From assembly GCA_016208975.1 (NCBI GenBank), contig JACQXA010000004.1, forward strand, positions 2,013,941 to 2,077,940: DNA of 64,000 nucleotides. Direction: 5' to 3'. The notes below the pieces were generated by a model that was not told the DNA's origin, searched no databases, and saw nothing but the letters and a program-made list of their open reading frames with translations. A program made the position numbers and the translations under genes. This document shows positions 8,696 to 18,603 of this stretch, piece after piece. The DNA is from Nitrospinota bacterium (GTDB taxonomy: Bacteria; Nitrospinota_A; UBA7883; JACRLM01). Positions within the stretch are counted from its first letter, which is position 1; the number at the start of each line of letters is the position of its first letter.

Positions 8696-11365
8696 ATGAA
8701 AACACTGGGCCGCTACCAAATCCTTGAAAAAATCGGAAGCGGAGGAATGGGTCTTGTATATAAAGGCCTGGATCCCAAAATAAACCGCCCGGTGGCGCTG
8801 AAGATCATCCGCTCCTCCACGATGGGGCAGGAAGCCCAATCATCCCTGCATCTGGCCGAGCGGCTTTTAGTTGAGGCGCAAGCCGCCGGCCGCCTTTCGC
8901 ATCCATCCATCCTGACAATATATGACGTAGGCGAGCAAAAGCTGAAGGATGGCTCACTGTGCATTTACATCGCAATGGAATTTCTGGAAGGAAAACGGCT
9001 GGACTGGCACATAAAGAACAATACTTACACATATATCTATAAGAAGCTGAACATAATCCGGGAAATCGCGGAAGGGATGGAATATGCGCACCGCCGCAAC
9101 GTCATCCACCGGGACCTTAAGTCGTCCAACATAATCATTGTTGATGGGGATCACCCCAAGATCATGGATTTCGGCCTGGCAAAGATTCCGGACTCGTCTA
9201 TAACTCTCACGCTTTCCGGCACGATCATGGGCACTCCAAGTTACATGTCCACCGAACAGATATACGGCAAGCCGGTGGACCACAAGACGGATATTTATTC
9301 CTTGACGGTCATTCTTTTCGAAATTATCAGCGGCAAGAAGCCATTTACCGGGAACAATATCACCTCTATAATCTTCAACGCCATCAGCCAGCCCCCGCCC
9401 ATGCTGAATAACCTGAATCCTGAACTGGGGGGGGCTTTGAACTCGTTCATTCAGAAAGGGCTTGCCAAGAAGCCGGAAGACCGGTTTGAGAATTTCACCG
9501 AATATCTTGAATCGCTCAACAAGATAATATTTTCATCGCAAATGGCCGAAACAATGCCCGTGGCTCCGGCGATGGAAAGCGCGCAGGCTGGAAGCCTCCC
9601 TGTAACAACGCCCCGGCTTGAAGAAACGCCGCTGAAAGCTTTCGTCAATGAAATGCACTCCGGATTAAAACATCTCCCCGACCTTGAAGAAAGCACGAAA
9701 GACCTGGCGGAAGCCGCCCCGCCGGTGAAAGGGCCGCTGGAAATAGACTCCGACCAGATCAGGCGCAAGAACGGCGACCTGGTCAAATTGAGGGTCAAAT
9801 TCACAAAACTGCTTTCCAAATATACCGATATTTCGTACAGCATTGACGAAAAAGGGCTGGCCGATTGCCTGGACAAGTCGCTCACGCAAATGGGTTTTTC
9901 GCTCCACACCGGCATTTCAAGCCCCCTTGAAAGTTTTGTCAAGCAGATCAACCATGACATTAATCGCGGCCGTCTCTTTATCCTTCTTTATAAACATAAA
10001 GAATCCGGATATGACATGGTCAAGCTTTTCAGGGAGCTTCTGAAGCTCAACCCCGAAATAGACATGGGCGGCGTCATCCCTCTTTTCCGCGGAATCGTTA
10101 AAGAGGATCAACAACAGGCCATGCTCCGGTTTCTCGGGGACGCCGGGGTAAGATTCACGATTTTTTTCACAAAACAGGAATCGGTCGAACACAACGTGGC
10201 CGAGATCTTAAGCGGACTTGTCCAGTACAGCAATGTGATTTCCGGCCTCGGCGCGTCAAAGGAAAAAAGGGTGACCGAATCGAAAAAATACGGGATGGAG
10301 GATATAGAAATATACAAAGGCCTGCTGGAGCTGGGCGACATGCACATGAGATCCAACCAGCATGAGGAGGCCGCCAAGGTGCTCTCCGAAGCGGTCCAAT
10401 TAAATCCGGATATCAATTCCCTCGTTAACCGGGGAGACGCAAAATTCAAGCGCGGCATGTATGTTGACGCCCTGAACGACTATCGGGAAGCCAACAAGCT
10501 CAACCAGGAGGCCCCGGCGCCTTACGCGAAGATCGGTGGATGTTGCATGACTTTGGGGAGGAACGAGACAGAGAAAGGGGACGCCGCAAGGGCCCAGAGC
10601 TGGTACGAGGCAGGCATCAAACGTCTGCTGGAGTCGGAAAAACTCATAGAACAGCAGGAAATCCGGTATGCGGATTCACCTGAGAAGCTACCGGGCAATC
10701 CCTACTTTCCCCTCCTTTCAGCAGTGCGCATGGTGGATTACGAGATGACCGGCATGGACGATATAAAGCGGGATTTCTCAAAGCTGGCCGGGCGTCTTGC
10801 CGAAAAGACAAAGAATATACAGGTGGAAGACAAGGAAACCGATATCGAAACGCTTATGGGCAGGGCTCTGGCGCTGGCGGCCAGCGGGAACAAGGCCGAG
10901 GCGGAAAGGATATTCATAGGCGCCTTGAAGCGGAATCCGGAGCATGTGTCGCCGGATTTCAACAATTACGCGGTTCAGTTAAGAAAGGCTGGTGAGTACT
11001 CGAGGGCTTATGGCATCTACCAGGAGCTTCTGAAATATCAGATCCCGGAAAAAACCGTTGTCATCGAGAACATGAAAACGGCAGGGATGAAGCACGCTCT
11101 TCAGCTTCGGAACCTGGGGCGCTTTGAAGAAGCAAAAGCAGTGTATAAAACCATGCTTTCGCTGGACGCGGGGGAGAAGGAGTGGATGTTTTGCGAGTTG
11201 GCCTCCATCGGCCTTGAATCAGGGGATCAGCCCGGGGCATGCAAGTGGTATAACGAAGCCATTTCACATAATCCGGATATGCTGAAGTCGGAAAAGTTCA
11301 AAAAATACCCGGAGTTGGAAAACATGTGCGGGTTGATGGTGAAAAAGCCCGCTCAAGATAACTAA
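8696..11365 (+). CDS. Hanks-type Ser/Thr kinase with C-terminal TPR repeats
   Basis: GSGGMG, VALK, HRDLKSSN, DFG, GTPSYMSTEQ; TPR-like helical repeats in the C-terminal half; no TM helix seen. Confidence 0.85.
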   Translation: MKTLGRYQILEKIGSGGMGLVYKGLDPKINRPVALKIIRSSTMGQEAQSSLHLAERLLVEAQAAGRLSHPSILTIYDVGEQKLKDGSLCIYIAMEFLEGKRLDWHIKNNTYTYIYKKLNIIREIAEGMEYAHRRNVIHRDLKSSNIIIVDGDHPKIMDFGLAKIPDSSITLTLSGTIMGTPSYMSTEQIYGKPVDHKTDIYSLTVILFEIISGKKPFTGNNITSIIFNAISQPPPMLNNLNPELGGALNSFIQKGLAKKPEDRFENFTEYLESLNKIIFSSQMAETMPVAPAMESAQAGSLPVTTPRLEETPLKAFVNEMHSGLKHLPDLEESTKDLAEAAPPVKGPLEIDSDQIRRKNGDLVKLRVKFTKLLSKYTDISYSIDEKGLADCLDKSLTQMGFSLHTGISSPLESFVKQINHDINRGRLFILLYKHKESGYDMVKLFRELLKLNPEIDMGGVIPLFRGIVKEDQQQAMLRFLGDAGVRFTIFFTKQESVEHNVAEILSGLVQYSNVISGLGASKEKRVTESKKYGMEDIEIYKGLLELGDMHMRSNQHEEAAKVLSEAVQLNPDINSLVNRGDAKFKRGMYVDALNDYREANKLNQEAPAPYAKIGGCCMTLGRNETEKGDAARAQSWYEAGIKRLLESEKLIEQQEIRYADSPEKLPGNPYFPLLSAVRMVDYEMTGMDDIKRDFSKLAGRLAEKTKNIQVEDKETDIETLMGRALALAASGNKAEAERIFIGALKRNPEHVSPDFNNYAVQLRKAGEYSRAYGIYQELLKYQIPEKTVVIENMKTAGMKHALQLRNLGRFEEAKAVYKTMLSLDAGEKEWMFCELASIGLESGDQPGACKWYNEAISHNPDMLKSEKFKKYPELENMCGLMVKKPAQDN

Positions 11366-11473
11366 AGAATAAGAGCCCTGAGGCGATATGCCTGTTCCGC
11401 GCTTAGCCCCCCCGAAATGCAAGGCTTACCAAGCCTCAACGATATAAAAGTTTATATGCGCGCAAATGCTTGG

Positions 11474-11502
11474 TTGCGCGACGTGAACGGTTATTATACT
11501 AT
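11474..11502 (+). promoter_or_regulatory. Putative sigma70 promoter for tRNA-Arg
   Basis: TTGCGC-17 nt-TACTAT about 10 nt before the tRNA. Confidence 0.4.
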
Positions 11503-11512
11503 TTATGTTTAC

Positions 11513-11590
11513 GCGCCCGTAGCTCAGCCCGGATAGAGCGCCAGATTGCGGTTCTGTAGGTCGCAGGTTCGAATCCTGCCGGGCGCACCA
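11513..11590 (+). tRNA. tRNA-Arg(GCG)
   Basis: Acceptor stem GCGCCCG/CGGGCGC, D arm GCTC/GAGC with A20, anticodon loop TT-GCG-GT, T arm GCAGG-TTCGAAT-CCTGC, encoded CCA. Confidence 0.93.
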
Positions 11591-11717
11591 ACCAAACCGC
11601 CTTCAATTCCAAATTTCAAGCAGTTGCAAGTCCGATTTCCGCAATAGGCCCAAAACCCAATGACATCTGGCCAGGGGGGGGTATGCCATTTGCCAGCTTT
11701 GTGGTATTTCTAATTAG

Positions 11718-12320
11718 ATGAAAAGGAAGGTAATCCTGGCTTCGTCCTCCCCCAGGCGGGCCGCGCTTCTAAACGACGCCGGGGTGGAGTTTGACATCGT
11801 CAAGCCGGACATCGACGAGACGCCGGATCCGGCGCTCACCCCGGAGGAGAACGCCCGGTTCATAGCCTTGCGCAAGGCCGAGGCCGTGGCCCAAACAGTG
11901 AGGGAGGGCGTTGTGCTGGCGGCGGACACAATGGTGGTGATAGACCATGAGATCATCGGCAAACCCGTGGACGCCACCGACGCCCGCAAGATGCTCCAGC
12001 GTATCGCCGGACGGGAGCATAAAGTGGTCACCGGGGTGTCAATCATCTGCGAGGGGAGCCGCCGCCGCTGGGCGCATGTTGAGGTGAGCTTCGTCCGGTT
12101 CAAACCGGTGGCCGACGGGGATATAGAAGCGTATGTGAACACCGGCGAGCCTCTGGACAAGGCTGGAGCTTACGCCATACAGGGCGGGGCCGCAGGGTGG
12201 ATAGACGGATACAGCGGGAGCCTTACAAATATCATCGGCCTTCCCATGGAGCAGGTGGCCTGCGCGCTGGAGTCCATGGGGGTAAAGGTCAGCCGGGGGA
12301 GGTGGGGCGCATGCCGTTAA
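11718..12320 (+). CDS. maf: Maf-family nucleoside triphosphate pyrophosphatase
   Basis: ILASSSPRR, LAADT, GEPLDKAGAYAIQG, NIIGLP. Confidence 0.95.
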   Translation: MKRKVILASSSPRRAALLNDAGVEFDIVKPDIDETPDPALTPEENARFIALRKAEAVAQTVREGVVLAADTMVVIDHEIIGKPVDATDARKMLQRIAGREHKVVTGVSIICEGSRRRWAHVEVSFVRFKPVADGDIEAYVNTGEPLDKAGAYAIQGGAAGWIDGYSGSLTNIIGLPMEQVACALESMGVKVSRGRWGACR

Positions 12321-12916
12321 TCGGGTTGACCGGGGGGTACGCCTCTGGGAAAAGCTCCGTCACCGCCATGTTCCGCGAACTTGGCGCCGACGTGATAGAT
12401 TGCGACATCCTGGCCCGGCAGGTGGTGGAGCCTGGCGCCGAAGGGCTGGCCCAGGTTAAAGAAAAATTCGGGCCGGGAGTTATAAGTGAAGACGGAACCC
12501 TGAACCGCGCCGCGCTTGGAGCCATAGTGTTCAACGACAGGGGAAAACTTAATGCGCTGGAGGCGGTTCTCCACCCCCACATCCGCCAAAGGCTTTTCGC
12601 GCAGTCTCAAAAACTTTTGGCCGCCGACCCCAGGAGGATCGTAATAGTGGACGCGGCCCTCCTTTTCGAGACGGAGTTGAGCCGCCATATGGATAAATGC
12701 ATCGCGGTCACCTGTCTTAAAGCGCAACAGGTGGAACGGGGCGCGAAAAGGGACAAAATCAGCCCGCAGGACGCTGAAAAAAGAGTGGCCCTCCAGATGC
12801 CCATTTCGCAAAAAACGGCCCTGGCGGATTACGTGGTGGACAATTCCGGCTCCGCCGCCGCCACCCGGGCTCAGGTCGAGCAAATCTGGAACAGCCTCAA
12901 AGAAGTGGGGAAATAA
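12311..12916 (+). CDS. coaE: Dephospho-CoA kinase
   Basis: IGLTGGYASGKS P-loop, LNRAALG, LLFE; start chosen at ATG 12311. Confidence 0.93.
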   Translation: MPLIGLTGGYASGKSSVTAMFRELGADVIDCDILARQVVEPGAEGLAQVKEKFGPGVISEDGTLNRAALGAIVFNDRGKLNALEAVLHPHIRQRLFAQSQKLLAADPRRIVIVDAALLFETELSRHMDKCIAVTCLKAQQVERGAKRDKISPQDAEKRVALQMPISQKTALADYVVDNSGSAAATRAQVEQIWNSLKEVGK

Positions 12917-13058
12917 TTCCACATATTATGTGGGGTAAATTCCACATTTATTAGTTTTCCCTCCAGTTTTAGACTCAACGTACCCGTAGCTCTGCCCCCA
13001 ACATTCTTAGGATTCAAGATGTTCCAGCATGGTTATGACATGGGCACGGGAATTGATT
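12905..13058 (+). promoter_or_regulatory. Tandem palindromic activator sites plus a sigma54-like -24/-12 element
   Basis: GTGGGGAAATAATTCCAC (12905) and TGTGGGGTAAATTCCACA (12929); GGCACGGGAATTGA at ~13043 (non-canonical -12). Confidence 0.4.
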
Positions 13059-13140
13059 ATGTTTTTCCAGATATAGGGGTAGCCGTCTTCAAATGGTGGC
13101 GGCGTGGTAAGAAATTTTCCCGGTTTGAAAGGGCTTGGAC

Positions 13141-14877
13141 ATGACGGATGAACTGACAAACCTTACCAAGGCCGAGCTTATGGCGTTGGCGGCGAAGAAG
13201 AAACTACAGGTTTCGTCATCCATGAAGAAGGAAGAAATCATAAAAATGTTAAAACCGGCCAAGGCCGTTAAATCGGCTGTGTCCGCCAAGGCTTCAAAGC
13301 AGAAAGGCTTCTTGAGCGCCGCTGGGAAGGCCAAGAAGCAAGCCGCCAAACCGGCGGCCAAGTCCGTAAAAGCCAAGGCTGTAAAACCGGCCGTCGCCCC
13401 GGTCAGGAAAGAAGCTCCAAAAGCCGGAATCAAGGCGGCTTCCGGCAAGACAAAGGCCAAGGCTCCGGAAAAGGCGATGGCTAAAGCGGGGCAGGCCAAA
13501 GCGAAGCCTGTTGTAAGGGCCGCAAAACCGGTAAAAGCCAAACCCGCGCTGGTGGCGGTGAAGTCACTAGTCAGGAAAACACCGGTTAAAAAAGCGCCAT
13601 TTGCTCCGGCTGTCCAGGCTTCCATGCCGCCGGTGGAAAAGCGGATGGAGTATAAAACGGCGGTTAACGACTCCAACACAGGGCCCACGAGATCCACTGT
13701 TTCAGCGGCGGTGATGTCCGGGGTTTCCGCGGGGCCCAAGCTCTCCCAGCCCAAACCTGCAATACAGCAGGGGGCGGGAAGGGTTCAGGAGCCCGTGGCA
13801 AAGGTGGAAACGCCAAAGCCCGCGAAAGCTCCAGCGGTTAAAGCGCCTGCGGCGAAACCGGCGGCGGCAAAACCCGCTCTGGCGAAGGCGCAGTCCAGGG
13901 AGTCCGGCAGGCAAGCGCCTCTTTCCAGGAATGTGGCCGCCCAGACCAATGGCCGGGGGTGGGACATAAAAATAGACGAAAAAAAATTTTTCATAGCCGA
14001 CGAGGCCTACGACTACCCCAAGGCAGAAACGTCCAATTTGCCGTCCGAGTATGGCGATACCAGGATAATAGCCCTGGCGCGGGACCCTTATAAGCTATAC
14101 CTGTACTGGGAACTGCAGGGTGGCGCGGTGGAGCGGGCCCGGGCGGCCTTGGGCAAGGATTGGGCGCAGGTGCGCTGGTCGTTGAGGATTTTCGATGTCA
14201 GCGGGCTTGCCGAGGGTTTTCACCGGTATTTTGACGTGGATGTGAACCCCAATTCGGGGAGCATGTATCTGGAAGTGGACCGGGCGGACTGCGAATATGT
14301 GGTCACCATGGGCCTGAAAGATGAAACCGGGCGGTTCGAGCAGGTGGCAAGCTCCAACAGGTCCCGCACACCCCGGGCCGAGGCATCCTCCTCCACCGAC
14401 GCCGAATGGACTGTGCCGGACGACCTGTTCGCCCGGATCTACGGCCTTTCCGGCGGCTACATGGCGGGGTCTGGAAGCCTGGAGTCATCAATGTTCTCTC
14501 TGCCCGGCGTCTCGTCGCTGGCGGTTTCCAGCTGGCAATCGGTATCCAGTTTCGAGGTGTCCAGTTTTGGCGCTTCGGAGCAAATGGCCGCCCGCGCAAA
14601 GAAACGGGGCTTCTTTTTCTGGCTGGATTGCGAGCTGATAGTTTACGGCGGCACCGAGCCGGACGCGAAAGTTACCATGATGGGCAAGAAAATCAACCTC
14701 CGGCCCGATGGCACTTTTACAGCCAGGTTCTTCCTGCCTGATGGCATATTCGACATACCTGTAACCGCCGAATCATCCGATGGGGTGGAGAAACGGGAGA
14801 TTTCCCCCACAGTTACCCGCGCCACCCGCCGCAAGGAGGAGTTTTTGATACCGGAAGAGGAGTGGCTTAAAAAGTAG
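13141..14877 (+). CDS. DUF4912-family protein with Rho-N-like N-terminus and Lys/Ala-rich linker
   Basis: LTKAELMALA..SMKKEEII; LPSEYGDTRIIALARDPYKLYLYWE; ELIVYGGTEPDAKV..PDGTF; precedes a GH57 gene. Confidence 0.8.
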   Translation: MTDELTNLTKAELMALAAKKKLQVSSSMKKEEIIKMLKPAKAVKSAVSAKASKQKGFLSAAGKAKKQAAKPAAKSVKAKAVKPAVAPVRKEAPKAGIKAASGKTKAKAPEKAMAKAGQAKAKPVVRAAKPVKAKPALVAVKSLVRKTPVKKAPFAPAVQASMPPVEKRMEYKTAVNDSNTGPTRSTVSAAVMSGVSAGPKLSQPKPAIQQGAGRVQEPVAKVETPKPAKAPAVKAPAAKPAAAKPALAKAQSRESGRQAPLSRNVAAQTNGRGWDIKIDEKKFFIADEAYDYPKAETSNLPSEYGDTRIIALARDPYKLYLYWELQGGAVERARAALGKDWAQVRWSLRIFDVSGLAEGFHRYFDVDVNPNSGSMYLEVDRADCEYVVTMGLKDETGRFEQVASSNRSRTPRAEASSSTDAEWTVPDDLFARIYGLSGGYMAGSGSLESSMFSLPGVSSLAVSSWQSVSSFEVSSFGASEQMAARAKKRGFFFWLDCELIVYGGTEPDAKVTMMGKKINLRPDGTFTARFFLPDGIFDIPVTAESSDGVEKREISPTVTRATRRKEEFLIPEEEWLKK

Positions 14878-14921
14878 GTGGTGGATTACATGAGACGCAA
14901 TGCAGGAAGGCGCGGGGTGGT

Positions 14922-16511
14922 ATGATGAAAGGCTATCTGGCCCTGGTTCTGCATGCCCATCTACCCTTTGTGCGTCATCCGGAGCATGAGGAGTTCCTGG
15001 AGGAGGACTGGCTTTTTGAAGCCATAACCGAAACCTACATATCCCTCCTGACCATTTTCGAGGGGCTGAAAAAAGACGGGGTGAGGTTCCGGGTGACCAT
15101 GACCCTGTCGCCTACGCTGATATCCATGCTCCGCGACGAGCTTTTGCAGGAGCGCTACCTTAAAAGGCTCGGCAAGCTTACAGACCTGGCGGAACTGGAG
15201 ATAGGACGCACCCGATTCTCCCCAAAGCTCAACGAACTGGCCGCCATGTACCGCTGGAGGTTCGAGGAGGCCCGGGAACTTTTCGAGAAAAAATACAACT
15301 GCGACCTGGTGGGGGCTTTCAAGACATTCCAGGACGAGGGGTACATAGAAATAATCACCTGCGCCGCCACCCATGGCTACCTGCCCCTGCTGGCGGTGAA
15401 TGAGGCGGCTGTGAAGGCCCAGATAAAGGTGGCCTGCCAGCAATATGAAACCGTTTTCGGCAGGAAAGCCCGGGGCATCTGGCTTCCGGAATGCGGTTAC
15501 CAGCCGGGGTTCGAGACGTACCTTAAGGATGAGGGCATCCTTTTCTTTTTCACTGACGCCCACGGGGTGCTTCACGCCGAGCCCCGCCCACGCTATGGTG
15601 TGTTCGCCCCCATTTACACAAAAGACGGCGTGGCGGTGTTCGGGCGGGACGTGGAATCCTCCCGGCAGGTGTGGAGCGCGCGGGACGGGTATCCCGGCGA
15701 CCCGGTTTACCGGGACTTTTACCGGGACATCGGGTTCGACATGGACATCGAATATTTGAAAGATTACCTAGCGCCGGACAACCTGCGGAAAATGACCGGC
15801 ATAAAATACAACCGGATCACCAGCAGGGAATCCGGCGACAAGGAGCTTTACGTTTACAAAGACGCCTTGAACCGCGCTTCGGAGCACGCCGACGATTTCG
15901 TGAGGCGCCGCATGGAGCAGATAGAGAGGCTGGAGGGGTTGATGGACAGGCCACCGCTCATCGTGGCCCCTTACGACGCGGAGCTTTTCGGCCATTGGTG
16001 GTTCGAGGGGCCGGAATTCCTGAATTTCGTACTCCGCAAATGCGCCATGGAAAGCGACAGGCTGGAGACCATAACGCCCTACGATTACATAAGGATATTC
16101 CCGGCCAACCAGATGGCGGCCCCATCCGCCTCGTCCTGGGGGCACAAGGGTTATTCCGAAGTCTGGCTGGATGAGAGCAACGACTGGATATACCGCCATC
16201 TCCACAAAGCCGCCGACCGCATGGTGGAACTGGCCCGGGTGAAAAGGGAAGGGAACAACGGGCTCATCGAGCGGGCTTTGAACCAGGCCGCGCGGGAGCT
16301 TTTACTGGCGCAATCATCGGACTGGGCGTTCATCATGAAAACCGGCACCATGTCCCAATACGCCGAGAAACGCACCAAAGAGCACCTGGCCCGGTTCAAC
16401 CGGCTGTATGACGACGTTGTCCACGACTCGGTGGATGAAGGTTATCTCAAGGAACTGGAGGGTTCCGACAACATCTTTCCGGACATCAACTGGCGCGTTT
16501 ATACGGCGTAG
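14922..16511 (+). CDS. GH57 alpha-glucan branching enzyme-like protein (DUF1957)
   Basis: HAHLPFV, ATHGYLP, GIWLPECGY, PYDAELFGHWWFEG, LLAQSSDWAF. Confidence 0.9.
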   Translation: MMKGYLALVLHAHLPFVRHPEHEEFLEEDWLFEAITETYISLLTIFEGLKKDGVRFRVTMTLSPTLISMLRDELLQERYLKRLGKLTDLAELEIGRTRFSPKLNELAAMYRWRFEEARELFEKKYNCDLVGAFKTFQDEGYIEIITCAATHGYLPLLAVNEAAVKAQIKVACQQYETVFGRKARGIWLPECGYQPGFETYLKDEGILFFFTDAHGVLHAEPRPRYGVFAPIYTKDGVAVFGRDVESSRQVWSARDGYPGDPVYRDFYRDIGFDMDIEYLKDYLAPDNLRKMTGIKYNRITSRESGDKELYVYKDALNRASEHADDFVRRRMEQIERLEGLMDRPPLIVAPYDAELFGHWWFEGPEFLNFVLRKCAMESDRLETITPYDYIRIFPANQMAAPSASSWGHKGYSEVWLDESNDWIYRHLHKAADRMVELARVKREGNNGLIERALNQAARELLLAQSSDWAFIMKTGTMSQYAEKRTKEHLARFNRLYDDVVHDSVDEGYLKELEGSDNIFPDINWRVYTA

Positions 16512-16515
16512 AATC

Positions 16516-17175
16516 CTATTTACCCCACACGCCCTCAAGATGATCAAAGACAGAGCCGATAGCGATGAATCCCCCCAAGGGAATTGAGGAAGGCGTGACA
16601 AGCTCAACCACTCGGCTGAACATTCCGCCAGATGGAATAAAGACGCTATGGCTGGTGATAGCCCTGGCGCATGGGATGGCGTTTTCAATCCATTGTCTGG
16701 CTTCTTGGGCGGTGTCCCACCTGGCTCCGGCATAACCCCCTGTCCCGCTTTTCGACAGATACAGAAGGCTGTTTGTGTTCAACAGCCCAAGCGCCAAGCC
16801 TTTCCGGGCGACTCTGGCCATCTCCTTCACCGCTCCGGCTGGATTGGCGACAAAACAAAGGCTTGTCACCGCTACGCAATAGTCAAAAGATTTATCGCTG
16901 AATGGAAGGGCCTCGGCGGAGCCTTGGGCGAATGCGCCGCCCACTGACGATTGGGCGAACGCGATGTGGGGCCAACTCTTGTCCAGCCCGGTCACGCGCA
17001 GGCCGGCGCTTTGGAATCTTCGCGTGAAATGGCCCGTACCACATCCTGCGTCAAGCATGGAATCGCCCGGCCTGGGGGACAATAATCGCCAGAGCGAGTG
17101 GAATTCGATGTCACTAATCCACCGTCCCCTGGGTGTGGCATACCATGCGTCGTAATCAGCAGGAGTGGCGTTCAT
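16516..17175 (-). CDS. Class I SAM-dependent methyltransferase
   Basis: YDAWY..PRG, LDAGCGTG, AEALPFSDKSFD. Confidence 0.85.
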   Translation of the reverse strand: MNATPADYDAWYATPRGRWISDIEFHSLWRLLSPRPGDSMLDAGCGTGHFTRRFQSAGLRVTGLDKSWPHIAFAQSSVGGAFAQGSAEALPFSDKSFDYCVAVTSLCFVANPAGAVKEMARVARKGLALGLLNTNSLLYLSKSGTGGYAGARWDTAQEARQWIENAIPCARAITSHSVFIPSGGMFSRVVELVTPSSIPLGGFIAIGSVFDHLEGVWGK

Positions 17176-17416
17176 GTGTAACGTCGTGAAATGGTTGGCG
17201 GAGAGTGGATTAAACCCACAACCTCCATCTTGCAATGATGGGATCCGTCTTCCGGATGAACTAACCGCCTGTTGTGAGAAATTTTAACATAACATGGATA
17301 ATTATCATTCCCATCATGGTCATACATTCAGGCAGACCCCGGCCGTTCTTAAAAAACCGGATGTGTGCTAAAATCTGCTTATTGAATCCCATCAACCAAG
17401 CTGGAGGCCGGCCGTC

Positions 17417-17812
17417 ATGGCGGACGAGGAAAAAAACAACGAAAAAGACATGGAGGTCCTCACCCGTGCCATCGTGGAAGCCATCACAAAGTCCCGTGAC
17501 GTGCGGGACGCCATAAAGCGCCTGTCGGAAGGGGAGGAGGTCTGCTCCAAATCCTTCATGGTCCTCATGCTCAAGGTTAGGTCGCTGGCGGAGTCTATGG
17601 GGTTTGACGTGGCCGATGAATGCCGCCATGAGCCGTTGAAACCCAGAGCCACCGGAAAGCCAGCCGCGCCTCCACAGGAAGATGTGGTGAAACTCTCCGG
17701 AAGAGTGGAAGACGGCAAGGCGTTATCGGACAGCGAATCGTTGTTCCGGGACTATCTGGCGGAAAAGTTCGATCAGGACGCCTGGCTGAAGAAGCTGGGC
17801 CTTAAACTCTGA
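17417..17812 (+). CDS. Hypothetical protein
   Basis: RBS GGAGG, coding-like codon pattern, no recognised motif. Confidence 0.65.
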   Translation: MADEEKNNEKDMEVLTRAIVEAITKSRDVRDAIKRLSEGEEVCSKSFMVLMLKVRSLAESMGFDVADECRHEPLKPRATGKPAAPPQEDVVKLSGRVEDGKALSDSESLFRDYLAEKFDQDAWLKKLGLKL

Positions 17813-17843
17813 GAGTATAAACAAATAAAGCGGAGGCCGCGCC

Positions 17844-18563
17844 GTGAGACCGTGGTTGGCCGCCCTGGCTTTTTATGCGGCCATTTCGCTACCGGCTCCC
17901 GCGTGCACACAAACAATGAACAGTTCCAGCCTGGCCGGATCCAAACGGGTAATGCTGGAAACCCACCTCCGGGGCCGTGGCATCACCAATCCCGATGTCC
18001 TGTCCGCCATGGAGGATGTTCCGCGGGAACGGTTTGTGGACAAAGCCTTCTACTACAACGCGTACGACGATAATCCCCTGCCCATTGGCCTTGGGCAAAC
18101 CATAAGCCAGCCGTATATAGTTGCGCTGATGACCCAGGTTTTGCGCCCCAAACCCACAGACAAGGTTTTGGAGGTGGGCACCGGCTCCGGATACCAGGCG
18201 GCGGTAATCTCCCGCATTGTGGAGCGGGTGTACACCATCGAGATAGTAAAACTCCTGGCCGACGAGGCCGCAAAGCGGTTTCGCGAGTTAGGGTACGACA
18301 ATATAGAATCCCGGGCTGGCGACGGATATGGCGGCTGGGTAGAGCATGCCCCTTTCGACAAGATAATAGTGACCGCCGCCGCTCCCATCGTGCCCAAACC
18401 GCTGGAGGAACAGTTAGCCGAGGGGGGCCTGCTGGTGATGCCCGTGGGCGGCTCGTATGTTCAAGACCTCCTGCTGGGCGAGAAAAGGGGGGGTGTGGTA
18501 AGCTACAAAAACATCGCCGCCGTCCGGTTTGTGCCGCTGACCGGCAAGGCTGAAGAACGTTGA
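17844..18563 (+). CDS. pcm: Protein-L-isoaspartate O-methyltransferase
   Basis: GQTISQPYIVA, VLEVGTGSGY, APFDKIIVTAA, VRFVPL. Confidence 0.95.
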   Translation: MRPWLAALAFYAAISLPAPACTQTMNSSSLAGSKRVMLETHLRGRGITNPDVLSAMEDVPRERFVDKAFYYNAYDDNPLPIGLGQTISQPYIVALMTQVLRPKPTDKVLEVGTGSGYQAAVISRIVERVYTIEIVKLLADEAAKRFRELGYDNIESRAGDGYGGWVEHAPFDKIIVTAAAPIVPKPLEEQLAEGGLLVMPVGGSYVQDLLLGEKRGGVVSYKNIAAVRFVPLTGKAEER

Positions 18564-18603
18564 GTTTGACTGGTTCCTGTAACGTTTTTGGAGTTGGGCC
18601 GGT

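Noticed and set aside
11590..11717. Prophage or genomic island at tRNA-Arg
   Set aside because: No integrase and no duplicated tRNA end in the window; housekeeping genes follow
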